This document shows positions 35,983-46,287 of a stretch of DNA of 64,000 bases, piece after piece. The notes under the pieces were generated by a model, which was not told the DNA's origin, searched no databases, and saw only the letters and a list, made by a program, of their open reading frames with translations. The position numbers and the translations under genes are program-made. Positions within the stretch are counted from its first letter, which is position 1. Each line of letters begins with the position of its first letter. Source of the stretch: Gammaproteobacteria bacterium (GTDB lineage Bacteria > Pseudomonadota > Gammaproteobacteria > UBA4575); contig CBDCUI010000007.1 of the NCBI GenBank assembly GCA_965222615.1, forward strand, positions 640,001 to 704,000. Reading direction: 5' to 3'.

Positions 35983-36057
35983 CGAGTGAACGAAATAATA
36001 AATCAGAACTTCCTAAATTGATTTTTCAAGCCTCATAATATTTTTTTGTATATTACT

Positions 36058-36651
36058 GTGACATCACGAACTGCCAGTGTTGAGCGCAATACCAAAGAAA
36101 CACAAATAGCCATTCAATTGAATTTGGACGGCAACGGTCAAGCTACACTAAAAACGGGATTGCCTTTTTTTGATCACATGCTGGATCAAATAGCTCGTCA
36201 TGGAATGCTGGATATCAATATCGATGCTCAAGGCGATCTTGAAATCGATGCTCACCATACCGTTGAAGATATAGGCATAACATTAGGGCAAGCATTTACG
36301 CAGGCGCTTGGTGATAAAAAGGGGATACGGCGCTATGGGTATGCCTATGTTCCATTAGATGAGGCGCTTTCACGGGTGGTGATTGATTTTTCGGGTCGTC
36401 CCGGGCTTGAATTTCGTGTGCAATTTCCACGCGCACGTGTTGGTGAATTTGATGTGGATCTTACCCATGAATTCTTTCAAGGGTTTGTAAACCATGCCAA
36501 TGTTACTTTGCATATCGACAATTTATGTGGAACAAATTCTCATCATATCGCTGAAACCATATTCAAATCGTTCGGTCGAGCGGTTCGTATGGCTGTTGAA
36601 TCAGATGAACGTATGCAAGGAGTGGTTCCATCCACTAAAGGAAGCCTCTAG
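36058..36651 (+). CDS. hisB: Imidazoleglycerol-phosphate dehydratase (monofunctional)
   Basis: [41 protein letters not shown] 36058 is the likely start. Confidence 0.97.
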   Translation: MTSRTASVERNTKETQIAIQLNLDGNGQATLKTGLPFFDHMLDQIARHGMLDINIDAQGDLEIDAHHTVEDIGITLGQAFTQALGDKKGIRRYGYAYVPLDEALSRVVIDFSGRPGLEFRVQFPRARVGEFDVDLTHEFFQGFVNHANVTLHIDNLCGTNSHHIAETIFKSFGRAVRMAVESDERMQGVVPSTKGSL

Positions 36652-36756
36652 GATGTTGCCTAAGCATACAAATGATTGTCTAGATCAAGTAAAAATTTGT
36701 AGCATGGTTATGGAAATTGACAAGTTTTTTGTCCAAGTACAACGCACTAGGAATTT

Positions 36757-37419
36757 ATGGTGAGTAAAATTGCAGTAGTTGATTACGGTATGGGCAATCT
36801 ATATTCCGTCGCCAAAGCAGTTGAACACGTGACTACTGATGCCGATCGTGTAATCGTTACTTCAAGTCCAGCAGAAATTATCAGCAGTGATAAAGTGGTA
36901 TTTCCAGGTCAAGGTGCTGCACAGGATTGTATGTCTGCCATGCATAAGTATGATCTACAGTCGGCAATTATTACTGCTGCAGAACAAAAACCATTTTTAG
37001 GAATATGTATGGGCATGCAAGTTCTAATGCGGACTAGTGAAGAAAATGGTGGAACAGATTGCTTGGCATTTTATGAAGGTAATGTAAGTTACTTTGGTAA
37101 CCATTTTTCAATTGGCTCAGCCGAAGGTTGTTATAAAGTCCCACATATGGGTTGGAACTGTATTGAACAGCAACAGGCGCACCCATTATGGAAAGATATT
37201 TTAAATGTAAGTTATTTCTATTTTGTGCATAGTTATTTTGTACAATGCAATGATGAAAAACTCATTGTGGGGACTACTGATTATGGAATAAGCTTTACGT
37301 CTGTTATTGCGAAGGACAATGTGTTTGCAATGCAGTGTCACCCGGAGAAAAGTGCAAAACCAGGTTTACAGTTACTTCATAATTTTGTGCAATGGGATGG
37401 TAGCTATACCGTGAGTTAA
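36757..37419 (+). CDS. hisH: Imidazole glycerol phosphate synthase glutaminase subunit
   Basis: DYGMGNL, PGQG, GICMGMQ, VPHMGWN, YFVHSY, HPEKS. Confidence 0.97.
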   Translation: MVSKIAVVDYGMGNLYSVAKAVEHVTTDADRVIVTSSPAEIISSDKVVFPGQGAAQDCMSAMHKYDLQSAIITAAEQKPFLGICMGMQVLMRTSEENGGTDCLAFYEGNVSYFGNHFSIGSAEGCYKVPHMGWNCIEQQQAHPLWKDILNVSYFYFVHSYFVQCNDEKLIVGTTDYGISFTSVIAKDNVFAMQCHPEKSAKPGLQLLHNFVQWDGSYTVS

Positions 37420-37438
37420 GTTTTTAAATGTACATACC

Positions 37439-38176
37439 ATGTTAATTATTCCAGCAATAGACTTAAAAAATGGAAAATGTGTTCGTCTACGCCAAGGCGA
37501 TATGGAGGATGTAACAGTATTTTCTGAAGAACCAGTTGCGGTTGCAGAACAATGGGTGAAAGGGGGTGCAAGGCGATTGCACATTGTGGATTTGGATGGC
37601 GCTTCTTCAGGGGGTCCCCAAAATGCTGAAATAATCCACACCATTTGTTCGAATCATCCAGACCTCCCCATTCAAGTAGGCGGTGGGATACGCGATGAAG
37701 ACACGGTGCAAGCCTATCTTGATGTTGGGGTTCAATATGTAATTATTGGTACAAAAGCCGTCAGTGCCCCTCATTTTGTAAACGACCTGTGTTTGGAGTT
37801 TCCAGGCCATATTATTGTTGGACTGGATGCCAAAGAGGGAAAAGTTGCAATCGATGGTTGGTCCAAACTTTCACATCATGATGCTATTGATATGGCACAA
37901 CACTTTGAATCAGATGGAGTGGCTGCTATTGTGTTCACAGACATTAGTCGCGATGGCATGATGCGAGGATTGAATGTTGAAGCTACTGCAGAATTAGCCA
38001 ATGCCATTCATATTCCGGTTATTGCATCAGGCGGGGTTACCTCAGAGAAAGATATCAAAAAATTATGTGAGTGTGATGAGGAAGGTATTATTGGGGTCAT
38101 TGTAGGGCGTGCACTTTATGAAGGAACGATAGAGCTTCAGCATGCACAAAAACTTGCCGATTCCTATCAGCCATAA
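37439..38176 (+). CDS. hisA: ProFAR isomerase
   Basis: IIPAIDLKNGKCVRL.QG, QVGGGIR, TDISRDG, IASGGV, GRALY. Confidence 0.97.
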   Translation: MLIIPAIDLKNGKCVRLRQGDMEDVTVFSEEPVAVAEQWVKGGARRLHIVDLDGASSGGPQNAEIIHTICSNHPDLPIQVGGGIRDEDTVQAYLDVGVQYVIIGTKAVSAPHFVNDLCLEFPGHIIVGLDAKEGKVAIDGWSKLSHHDAIDMAQHFESDGVAAIVFTDISRDGMMRGLNVEATAELANAIHIPVIASGGVTSEKDIKKLCECDEEGIIGVIVGRALYEGTIELQHAQKLADSYQP

Positions 38177-38228
38177 TAATTCATAAATACTGTTTAGCAG
38201 TTTTCCTGTTTTTCCCACAATTAAATTA

Positions 38229-38363
38229 AAAGAAGTTCTGATTTATTAATGTAATGACTGATATTAGGCAAAAGATCTCGAGCAAGCGCAGTGTATGTAA
38301 AAGTATACATGAGCATTGTGAGAGATCTTTTAACAACATATCAGAATAAATCAGAGCTTCTTT
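38229..38363. mobile_element. Palindromic MITE-like element (family B)
   Basis: TIRs AAAGAAGTTCTGATTTATT / AATAAATCAGAGCTTCTTT; inner AAAAGATCTC/GAGATCTTTT; core GCGCAGTGTATGTAAAAGTATACATGAGCA. A solo end copy lies at 35997-36014. Confidence 0.75.
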
Positions 38364-38370
38364 ACTAATT

Positions 38371-39144
38371 ATGCCGCTTGCGAAACGCATCATCCCTTGC
38401 TTAGACGTCGATGCTGGTCGTGTAGTGAAGGGGGTTAAATTTGTAGATATCCGAGACGCCGGAGATCCAGTTGAAGTGGCTAGGCGTTATGATGCAGAAG
38501 GTGCAGATGAAATTACTTTTTTAGATATCACAGCCAGTTCTGACAATCGCGAAACGATTGTCCATGTCGTAGAAAAGGTTGCCGCGGAAGTTTTTATCCC
38601 ATTAACTGTTGGTGGAGGAATTCGTAAAACCGAGGATATTCGCAAACTGTTAAATGCGGGTGCGGATAAGGTTGGTATCAATACTGCAGCAGTGTTCGAT
38701 CCAGAATTTGTAAAACAAGCCAGTAAAAAAGTCGGTTCACAATGTATTGTTGTGGCCATCGATGCCAAGCAAGTCAGTCAAGAAGATCAAGCGCCAAAAT
38801 GGGAAATTTTCACTCATGGGGGACGTAAGCCCACCGGTATCGATGCCGTGCAATGGGCTCAGAAAATGGAAAGCTATGGTGCCGGTGAAATTCTACTAAC
38901 CAGCATGGATCGTGATGGCACTAAAATAGGCTTTGACTTGGAGCTTACTCGAATGGTTAGTGAAACCGTTGGTATTCCGGTTATAGCCTCTGGGGGAGTG
39001 GGGACATTGGCACATCTGGCCGAAGGCGTGACAATAGGTAAAGCCGAAGCCGTATTAGCTGCAAGCATATTCCATTTTGGTGAATATACGATTCAGGAAG
39101 CTAAACGGTATATGGCCGCCCAAGGCATCTTAGTAAGAAACTAG
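38371..39144 (+). CDS. hisF: Imidazole glycerol phosphate synthase cyclase subunit
   Basis: [37 protein letters not shown]. Confidence 0.98.
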   Translation: MPLAKRIIPCLDVDAGRVVKGVKFVDIRDAGDPVEVARRYDAEGADEITFLDITASSDNRETIVHVVEKVAAEVFIPLTVGGGIRKTEDIRKLLNAGADKVGINTAAVFDPEFVKQASKKVGSQCIVVAIDAKQVSQEDQAPKWEIFTHGGRKPTGIDAVQWAQKMESYGAGEILLTSMDRDGTKIGFDLELTRMVSETVGIPVIASGGVGTLAHLAEGVTIGKAEAVLAASIFHFGEYTIQEAKRYMAAQGILVRN

Positions 39145-39247
39145 TATAAGAAATTGTTTACTTAAATTGTGTGAAGTGCGATATATCACTTATATTACGT
39201 TGTAACTACCTTTTTGAATACTACAGCTAAGAGCTCGCCAATATATA

Positions 39248-39577
39248 ATGAATACAATTAATACATTACGAGAATTAACGGAGATACTTGAGCAACGGAA
39301 AAACTCGAGCCCTGAAGCGTCCTATGTGGCTAGTTTATATGCATCAGGTCTTGAGAAAATCCTTGCTAAGATAAACGAAGAAGCAAATGAAGCGATTGAC
39401 GCTGCAAAAGAGGACGATGAGCAACACTTAATTCAAGAGATTGCCGATTTGTGGTTTCATTGTATGGTGCTACTTGCATATAAAGAGACAAGTTATGAAG
39501 CGGTATTGGCGGAACTTAGAAATAGGTTTGGAACTTCGGGGCTTGTAGAAAAAGCGCAACGCAACAAGGTAAATTGA
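39248..39577 (+). CDS. hisE: Phosphoribosyl-ATP diphosphatase
   Basis: SYVASL...G..KI..KI.EEA.E, EIADLWFH, RFGTSGL.EK. Confidence 0.94.
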   Translation: MNTINTLRELTEILEQRKNSSPEASYVASLYASGLEKILAKINEEANEAIDAAKEDDEQHLIQEIADLWFHCMVLLAYKETSYEAVLAELRNRFGTSGLVEKAQRNKVN

Positions 39578-39614
39578 CATTATTAATTTTTAGATTTTTT
39601 ATTGGAGCAAAGCT

Positions 39615-39797
39615 ATGTCTATTGGACCGTTACAGCTACTTATTGTCTTACTAATTATTGTGTTGATTTTTGGTACTAAAAAATTACGCAATATGGGTAG
39701 TGACTTAGGTGGCGCGATTAAAAATTTCAAGAAATCCGTAAAAGACGAAAGTGAACCGGAAGATTCAGAAACTGAAGAAACTCCACCAAAAGAATAA
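39615..39797 (+). CDS. tatA: Tat translocase subunit TatA
   Basis: [33 protein letters not shown]. Confidence 0.95.
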   Translation: MSIGPLQLLIVLLIIVLIFGTKKLRNMGSDLGGAIKNFKKSVKDESEPEDSETEETPPKE

Positions 39798-39811
39798 ATC
39801 AGAGTTTCGAT

Positions 39812-40186
39812 ATGCCTGATTTAGGGTTTTGGGAGCTCACTATCATCATGATAGTTGCATTATTAGTTGTTGGGCCAGAACGTCTTCCAGTATTGGCGGG
39901 GCAGGTAGGTCGGTGGGTAGGCAAGGCGAAAAGAGTACTGCGAAGTATCCGTTCGGACATCGAGTCTGAAATTAAAGCCGCTGAATTGCAAGAGATTTTA
40001 AAAAAACAACAAAATGAAATAGGGGAACTCAAAGAAGTTTTGACTGATACACAAAAAAAATTAGAAAAAGAATTCTATGACGAAGACAATCGTGATTTTA
40101 TTAAAGCGGTAGAAGATCATGTTGAATCTACTAAACAACAAGAGCTTAGTTTAAACCCTGACGCAAAAAAGCATGAATCCGACTGA
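39812..40186 (+). CDS. tatB: Tat translocase subunit TatB
   Basis: [21 protein letters not shown]. Confidence 0.95.
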   Translation: MPDLGFWELTIIMIVALLVVGPERLPVLAGQVGRWVGKAKRVLRSIRSDIESEIKAAELQEILKKQQNEIGELKEVLTDTQKKLEKEFYDEDNRDFIKAVEDHVESTKQQELSLNPDAKKHESD

Positions 40187-41036
40187 AGAAACTTCAGACG
40201 AAAATAATACCCAAGAAACTCTGCTCTCGCATTTATATGAAGTGCGCACCAGGCTACTCTGGATTGTAGGCAGCGTTTTTGTTGTTTTTTTAGGGCTATT
40301 CCCTTTTGCGAATAAACTATATGCTTATTTAGCTGGACCATTGATGGCACATCTACCGGAAGGTAGCTCGATGGTTGCCATTGATGTCGCCTCTCCTTTC
40401 TTGACACCGTTTAAACTTGTCTTTTTGATTAGCATTGTGTTGGCGATACCGATTATTCTTTACCATGTTTGGGCCTTTGTTGCCCCAGGCCTATACAAGA
40501 ATGAGCAACGTTTAGTTTTTCCCATACTCGTTTCTAGCTCGATTTTATTTTATATAGGCATGGCGTTTGCATATTTTATCGTGTTCCCGTTGATGTTTGG
40601 TTTTTTTACCCGAGTCGCGCCGCAAGGAGTAGCGGTGATGACCGATATCGGTCGCTATCTAGATTTTGTATTAAAGATCTTTATCGCTTTTGGTGTCGCC
40701 TTTGAGGTGCCCATCGTAACCTTAGTGTTGGTGAAGCTGGGTATTACTACGCCAAATGATCTGGCTTCTAAGCGGCCATATGTAATTGTTGCAGCATTTA
40801 TTGTTGGCATGTTATTGACTCCACCTGATGTAGTCTCGCAAATTTTATTAGCCATTCCTGTATGGATATTATTTGAGCTTGGCCTATTTCTTGCGCGCGT
40901 GACTATCAATAATGATGATGAAACGGATACGGAAGAAACAACTGAGCCTCGCTTTAGTCCACTTACCGATGAAGAACGTGAAGTAGAACTAAATGAATCC
41001 GAACTACTAAATGATTCTGAGGGTCCTACTGATTAA
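40173..41036 (+). CDS. tatC: Tat translocase subunit TatC
   Basis: [36 protein letters not shown]. Confidence 0.97.
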   Translation: MNPTEETSDENNTQETLLSHLYEVRTRLLWIVGSVFVVFLGLFPFANKLYAYLAGPLMAHLPEGSSMVAIDVASPFLTPFKLVFLISIVLAIPIILYHVWAFVAPGLYKNEQRLVFPILVSSSILFYIGMAFAYFIVFPLMFGFFTRVAPQGVAVMTDIGRYLDFVLKIFIAFGVAFEVPIVTLVLVKLGITTPNDLASKRPYVIVAAFIVGMLLTPPDVVSQILLAIPVWILFELGLFLARVTINNDDETDTEETTEPRFSPLTDEEREVELNESELLNDSEGPTD

Positions 41037-41081
41037 TCATAGCTTTCTTGTATCACTTTAAATTAATAATCGATTCGTTGT

Positions 41082-42635
41082 ATGGCGGCAAATAATAAAA
41101 TAACACTACGTAACAGAGCGATGCTAATTATTCTGGACGGTGTTGGTGTCAATCCAAGTAAAGCTAATAACGCTGTGCTGCAAGCTACTACACCAAAGCT
41201 TGATGAATATTTTTCTAAATATCCGCATACGGTATTAGAAGCATCCGGTGAAGCAGTTGGTTTACCACCAGGGCAAATGGGAAATTCAGAAGTCGGTCAT
41301 ATGACCATTGGTTGTGGGACAATCATTAAGCAAGATTTGATTCGAATCAATGATGCCATTGCTGATGGTAGTTTTTTTGAAATGTCTCCACTGCATCGTG
41401 CGCTGGAAAATGCCAAAAAGAAAGAAGGCTATATCCATATCATTGGTTTGTTATCTGATGGTGGTGTACATTCCCACATTAATCACACACTTGCGCTTTT
41501 AAAGTTGTGCAGAGATGTCCAAGTGCGCCCTGTTGTACATGTGATAACAGATGGTCGTGATACTCCACCAAAGAGTGCAAAAAAATATGTACAACAATTA
41601 AGTGATGCACTAGCAGAAGTTAACGGTTCTATTGCCACAATAATAGGACGTTATTTCGCTATGGATCGTGATCGCAGGTGGGAGCGAACGATTAAAGCCT
41701 GGGAAGCCTTAGTGCTGTTGAAGGGTGAGAAGTGCACCGATGCAATGGATGCAATTAATCAAGCCTATACAAGAGGGGAAACCGATGAATTCATTACACC
41801 TTCGGTGCTAGGTGGTGCTATGCCCATGACGGCTGAATCGGAAGTGGTCTTTTTTAACTTTCGCAATGACAGACCCAGACAATTAAGCAAAGCATTGGCC
41901 AAACTCGATTTTACAGCTTTTGATCGTGGTCCGGATTACGAGCCTGTCAAACTCACCAAGATGACAAAATACAGCAAGGATTATCTTGGGCCGGTTGTGT
42001 TTGCACCTCGGAAACCCGAAACCAATTTAGCAGAAGTAATTAGCAAAGCGGGTTTAAATCAGTTCCGTTGTGCAGAAACTGAAAAGTATCCACATGTTAC
42101 TTACTTTTTAAATGGTGGCCAGGAAGATGCCTATGAGGGTGAAGATCGCAAAATGGTACCTTCTCCAAAAGTTGCTACCTATGATTTGCAACCGGAAATG
42201 AGTGCAGAAGAAGTAGCTGATGAAGTCATTAAAGCGGTTAACAATAATGCCTATGCGTTAATTGTCACTAACTTTGCCAACGGAGACATGGTTGGACATA
42301 CTGCAAAGAGGCAAGCCATTATTCAAGCGCTTGAGGCCTTGGACACTCATGTAGGTCGTGTGCTCGAAGCGGCCATAGAAAACAATATTTCAGTGGTACT
42401 CACCTCGGATCATGGTAATTGTGATGAAATGGTAGACCCATTAAGCCACGAACCACACACACAACACACCACTTATCCTGTACCCTGTTTAGTGATCGAT
42501 AAAGATAACTACTGGAGCTTAGCCAATGGTCAAGGCTTAAGTTCTGTAGCACCAACGATTTTAGAATTGATGGAGATTGAAAAGCCCGGCGCAATGACAG
42601 GCGAATCATTATTGATACCTAGAAATGGATTTTGA
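41082..42635 (+). CDS. gpmI: 2,3-bisphosphoglycerate-independent phosphoglycerate mutase
   Basis: LIILDG, GQMGNSEVGH, SDGGVHSH, DGRDT, AETEKYPHVT, DMVGHT, SDHGN. Confidence 0.97.
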   Translation: MAANNKITLRNRAMLIILDGVGVNPSKANNAVLQATTPKLDEYFSKYPHTVLEASGEAVGLPPGQMGNSEVGHMTIGCGTIIKQDLIRINDAIADGSFFEMSPLHRALENAKKKEGYIHIIGLLSDGGVHSHINHTLALLKLCRDVQVRPVVHVITDGRDTPPKSAKKYVQQLSDALAEVNGSIATIIGRYFAMDRDRRWERTIKAWEALVLLKGEKCTDAMDAINQAYTRGETDEFITPSVLGGAMPMTAESEVVFFNFRNDRPRQLSKALAKLDFTAFDRGPDYEPVKLTKMTKYSKDYLGPVVFAPRKPETNLAEVISKAGLNQFRCAETEKYPHVTYFLNGGQEDAYEGEDRKMVPSPKVATYDLQPEMSAEEVADEVIKAVNNNAYALIVTNFANGDMVGHTAKRQAIIQALEALDTHVGRVLEAAIENNISVVLTSDHGNCDEMVDPLSHEPHTQHTTYPVPCLVIDKDNYWSLANGQGLSSVAPTILELMEIEKPGAMTGESLLIPRNGF

Positions 42636-42669
42636 TGTAGAAAGTATTTAATTACTGAATAAGCAAAAC

Positions 42670-43452
42670 TTAGTCAAACGGATTCCACCATTTCTTTTTT
42701 TTTGATTCTTCGGCTCTAGCTTCTTGCACTGGTTCTTCCGGAACCTCATCATCCAAAACACTTCCTCCTGGAACTGTTTCATCTTGAATTTCATTAGATA
42801 ATGTTCGGAATGCATTAGCTACAGCAGTAATGGAAAAATCACCTTTAACAGGAATATCCGTTGAGTCTTTAGATTCCTTCCATTCAAATTGCCTTTTTAA
42901 TCCTTCACGAAATTCTACTGGATAGTCGTCAAAACTACCTTTTAACTCAGGTTTTACATTGCCAATTAAGGTTACTGTACCCTGACCAAATATCGCAAAC
43001 TTTTTCCCAGCGGAATGTACTTTTAGATTTTCACGCGCGATTGTGAAATTTACTATGGGGCAATCTTTATAACGATAATCGATATCTCGACCGTTGCCAG
43101 TAATCAAGCATACTCTACGTGTAAATTTTATATTATCTTGAGTTACGTTAAGGTTGTATATATTAGTGCCTTTCTTTAAAGTCTTTATAGCTTCCCTCTG
43201 TTCTTGGTTAAAACCATCTTTAACTTCTGGGGATCCGCCATCTCTATAGATAACGACTTGCTGTTGATAAGGCTTATAATCTGGCGCACTTGTTTCGGAA
43301 GTAGAGGTTGCACACAGTTGGGTAATTTGTTCCTGTGTGAAGCCTTTTTCCAAATAGAATTCAATGTCGTCTTTTGAACATTTTGCAAATACAGACGCAG
43401 AAACTGAATATGTTGCGAGTGTTAAAATTGTAATAATTAACTTTGTATGCAT
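42670..43452 (-). CDS. Hypothetical exported protein
   Basis: Signal peptide (MHTKL...VFA) from ATG 43452; Cys pair in CSKDDIEFYLEKGFTQEQITQLC; ends KKKWWNPFD. Confidence 0.7.
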   Translation of the reverse strand: MHTKLIITILTLATYSVSASVFAKCSKDDIEFYLEKGFTQEQITQLCATSTSETSAPDYKPYQQQVVIYRDGGSPEVKDGFNQEQREAIKTLKKGTNIYNLNVTQDNIKFTRRVCLITGNGRDIDYRYKDCPIVNFTIARENLKVHSAGKKFAIFGQGTVTLIGNVKPELKGSFDDYPVEFREGLKRQFEWKESKDSTDIPVKGDFSITAVANAFRTLSNEIQDETVPGGSVLDDEVPEEPVQEARAEESKKKKWWNPFD

Positions 43453-43572
43453 GACGAAAATTAGGTAGTAATAAGCCGAACTATACACGAAACGAGTCTA
43501 ACTAAAGACATACATTTACTGTAAATAGTTCCGATTTTTATCTAACTTATTATTTAATCAAGAAAAAAAGAC

Positions 43573-43603
43573 AAAAAAATAGGCGTCCGAAGACGCCTAT
43601 TTT
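43573..43603 (-). terminator. Rho-independent terminator of the porin gene
   Basis: Minus strand AAAATAGGCGTC-TTCG-GACGCCTATTTTTTT: cUUCGg tetraloop and U tract. Confidence 0.9.
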
Positions 43604-43645
43604 CCAACACTAAAGTCCTTTTTAGCTTAAAAAGTCCTTTTCAAT

Positions 43646-45046
43646 TTAGAACCACTGAACGATACCAAAAGCAAACATTTCTAGATCACCACCAACCCCA
43701 ACACCAGCAGGACTGATGCCAAAGTCATAGTGAGCATTGTTGCCGTTAGATACTTCAGAATAGGTTACACGCAGCTCTGTTCCTGCAGGCATGGTGTAGA
43801 ACAAGCCGACGTTATAGGCATCGGCATCTGTACTGTTGTCTGTGCCAGCTGCATTTCCAAGACAAACACCACTCACTCCATTGAGATCACAATCTAGGTC
43901 GTCTGCATCCATGTATGAGAAGCGGAAGTCTAGAGGGCCAGGAAAGTTGTGCTTACCTGAGATCATCCAAGCATCACGCTCTACTTCTGTTGAGCCAGCA
44001 ACACCGGTTCCACCTAAGAACCCATCACCACTAGCACAATCATCATGCTCGTATTCGAGATCTTCGTACATACCAGAAATCCAGGTAGAGTGGCCGTTAC
44101 CCCAGTCATGGATGTAACGTCCTGCAAGACGCCATGAAGAATCGTCAGAATCTTCACAACCAAAGTCAACAGCTGCCCATTCATCATGCTCTTCATATGT
44201 AACTGCAAACCAAACACTAGAGCCACCGCCACCAACGCCGGTTTCATAAGCAATACCCAAAGACCAGATACGAGGATCTAATTCTGCGGTGCCAATTGCT
44301 GTGGTCACACGGACTTCATCATTACCATTGAAGTAGTTGAAGCCTGGGTCTTGTTGTGCGCTGGTTGTAGCAATGCGTGCTGTGAATCCACCCCAGTTAG
44401 GAGACATCCACTGTACAACACCATTTTGACGTCGGTTGAAAGCATTGTTTTCAGAACCAAATCCAGATCCGAAATTGGTGAGACCACCAAAGCCGCCACC
44501 GTTATCAAAGCCAAAACCACCATTAAAGAAACGGCCGGTTCCACCACCAACGTTACCCATGATTGAGGTGTGAGAATCCGCACCTGCATCATAGAAGGGG
44601 TCTACCCATTGCGCGACCATTTCGTTGTGTGGTAACAACCAGTTTGCAAACATGACTTCACCCCAAGGGCCGGCTAAACCGATTTTACTATTACGATTAC
44701 AGAAATCGTTAAAGCCAAAGAAGCCAGAACCGACAAAACGGTTATGGAAAGTGAACTGTTCACAACGGAAAGTTGCTTTAACAGCCTGCCCAGCTACGGA
44801 TACACCCGTATCAATATCTGCTGAGAAACCAAGATTGGCCGCGTTGTTACTGATACGAGTTAAATCTCTGTCTACGCCTGGACCATAGTGGTCTTCAACG
44901 TCGACAAATTCATATGACCAGTTTTGCCATCCGTAGATAGTCCAATTTGAATTTGCGTTACCGCCACCAACACCGCCTGCGAACGATGCCAGTGGCAAGG
45001 TCGCGAGTCCAAGTGCTAGCGCAGTTCCGATAAGTTTAGTTTTCAT
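43646..45046 (-). CDS. Gram-negative porin (Porin_4-like), Gly/Asp/Cys-rich
   Basis: Signal peptide, TIYG, NRNSKIGLAGPWGEV, VQWMSPNWGGF, C-terminal FGIVQWF; strong terminator and long leader. Confidence 0.85.
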   Translation of the reverse strand: MKTKLIGTALALGLATLPLASFAGGVGGGNANSNWTIYGWQNWSYEFVDVEDHYGPGVDRDLTRISNNAANLGFSADIDTGVSVAGQAVKATFRCEQFTFHNRFVGSGFFGFNDFCNRNSKIGLAGPWGEVMFANWLLPHNEMVAQWVDPFYDAGADSHTSIMGNVGGGTGRFFNGGFGFDNGGGFGGLTNFGSGFGSENNAFNRRQNGVVQWMSPNWGGFTARIATTSAQQDPGFNYFNGNDEVRVTTAIGTAELDPRIWSLGIAYETGVGGGGSSVWFAVTYEEHDEWAAVDFGCEDSDDSSWRLAGRYIHDWGNGHSTWISGMYEDLEYEHDDCASGDGFLGGTGVAGSTEVERDAWMISGKHNFPGPLDFRFSYMDADDLDCDLNGVSGVCLGNAAGTDNSTDADAYNVGLFYTMPAGTELRVTYSEVSNGNNAHYDFGISPAGVGVGGDLEMFAFGIVQWF

Positions 45047-45297
45047 GAAGATACTCCTCTTCGTTAACTATAAATTTCAACAAGAAAAATACTCGAGTAA
45101 TTTTCCTAACAAAGAATTCACATGCTGTAGTTGCGGCCTTAGTTATTGATTAAGGCGCTTCCCTCCCTCTGCATGTTGAATCTCGATCTGAGTGAAAAAA
45201 TCAGCGTCCCTGCTAATCTTCCATTTCAAGATAAATACAACAGAAGTTGTATTTGTACGACAGGTTGCCTGTTGAACCTCGGTAAGTCAAGCCATTT

Positions 45298-45452
45298 ATG
45301 TTGTATTTGCACAACAATTTGTACCTACAATTTATAGTGTATCTTATATATTACCGTTACAAGATATAGGCGGATTGGAATTGCAGGTGAATGGTTTTTA
45401 TCGTCGCTCAAACTTATCGTATCATCTTATAGATTGTTGCTAATTTGCAACA
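45298..45452. promoter_or_regulatory. Two TGTTG-N8-CAACA palindromes upstream of the porin
   Basis: TGTTGTATTTGCACAACA (near 45299) and TGTTGCTAATTTGCAACA (45435-45452). Confidence 0.55.
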
Positions 45453-45808
45453 AGCCTCTAAAACTAGATATAACTAGTTGATTTGTTTGAACTATTTTTT
45501 ATTAAATGGGTAAGCTAGCGGTTAAACAATGAAAATGTAGATTGATCGAGTCGTAGAGTGACACTTCGTCACAGTTACTGAATGAAAAACGAAACTAAAA
45601 CCAAGTTTATCGGCTGACTATATGATTCGATCTAAAATTTGCACGAGCTGTGAATGGGAAAGCATAAACTGGTGAGATTGATATGCAAACATTGATTTCA
45701 GCGGATGACGATCAATCTTTTAATTGCGTTATTTATACTTATTGTTGGGGCGGCAGTGTTAATCTCAAATTAAATTAAATAGCCAAATACACGATAAGTT
45801 AATATTAA

Positions 45809-46216
45809 CTAATGCTGTGTGGTAATTTTATCTAACGGCAAATAATTCATTTTTATTTCTTTTTGATATTCGCGATCCAAAATTAACTCAATCGTTACTT
45901 CGGTATTTTTCTCAGTTGCTTTAATTTGTTTAAGTTCTGGTAGAGCCGTTGCCATATAGGCACAACTTGCGGCTGCAAGCGTATCATTTTCATTTAATAA
46001 GGCCGTAGTGAGATTTGTTGCCACAAACTCAATTCGTTGTTCTAGCGTTGGATGGGCAAGGAATTGTCCTCTTAAAGTAATGCCTTGATCTAATTTTGTA
46101 TCCATTAACTGTAAGGACTTTTTTTGTGCAGGAGATAATCGTTTGTTTCGATTAAACTCAAGAACAGCTGAATTATTTAGTATCACTACGACTAGGTTAG
46201 ATGTGTTGTTATGCAC
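45809..46216 (-). CDS. Hypothetical cytoplasmic protein
   Basis: 135-aa ORF with globular composition, co-oriented with its neighbours; no recognised motif. Confidence 0.7.
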   Translation of the reverse strand: MHNNTSNLVVVILNNSAVLEFNRNKRLSPAQKKSLQLMDTKLDQGITLRGQFLAHPTLEQRIEFVATNLTTALLNENDTLAAASCAYMATALPELKQIKATEKNTEVTIELILDREYQKEIKMNYLPLDKITTQH

Positions 46217-46287
46217 GACTGAGTAAAAAGAACAACATTGATTTATACACTGCAGCTATTTTTATATTTATGCTGCAAGTGAGTGCT

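Noticed and set aside
45146-45337. 63-aa Cys-rich ORF in the porin upstream region
   Set aside because: TTG start without an RBS, antisense to the porin leader and overlapping operator palindromes; probably spurious.
45548-45575. CRP box AGTGA...TCACA upstream of the porin
   Set aside because: Half-site spacing is 7 rather than 6.
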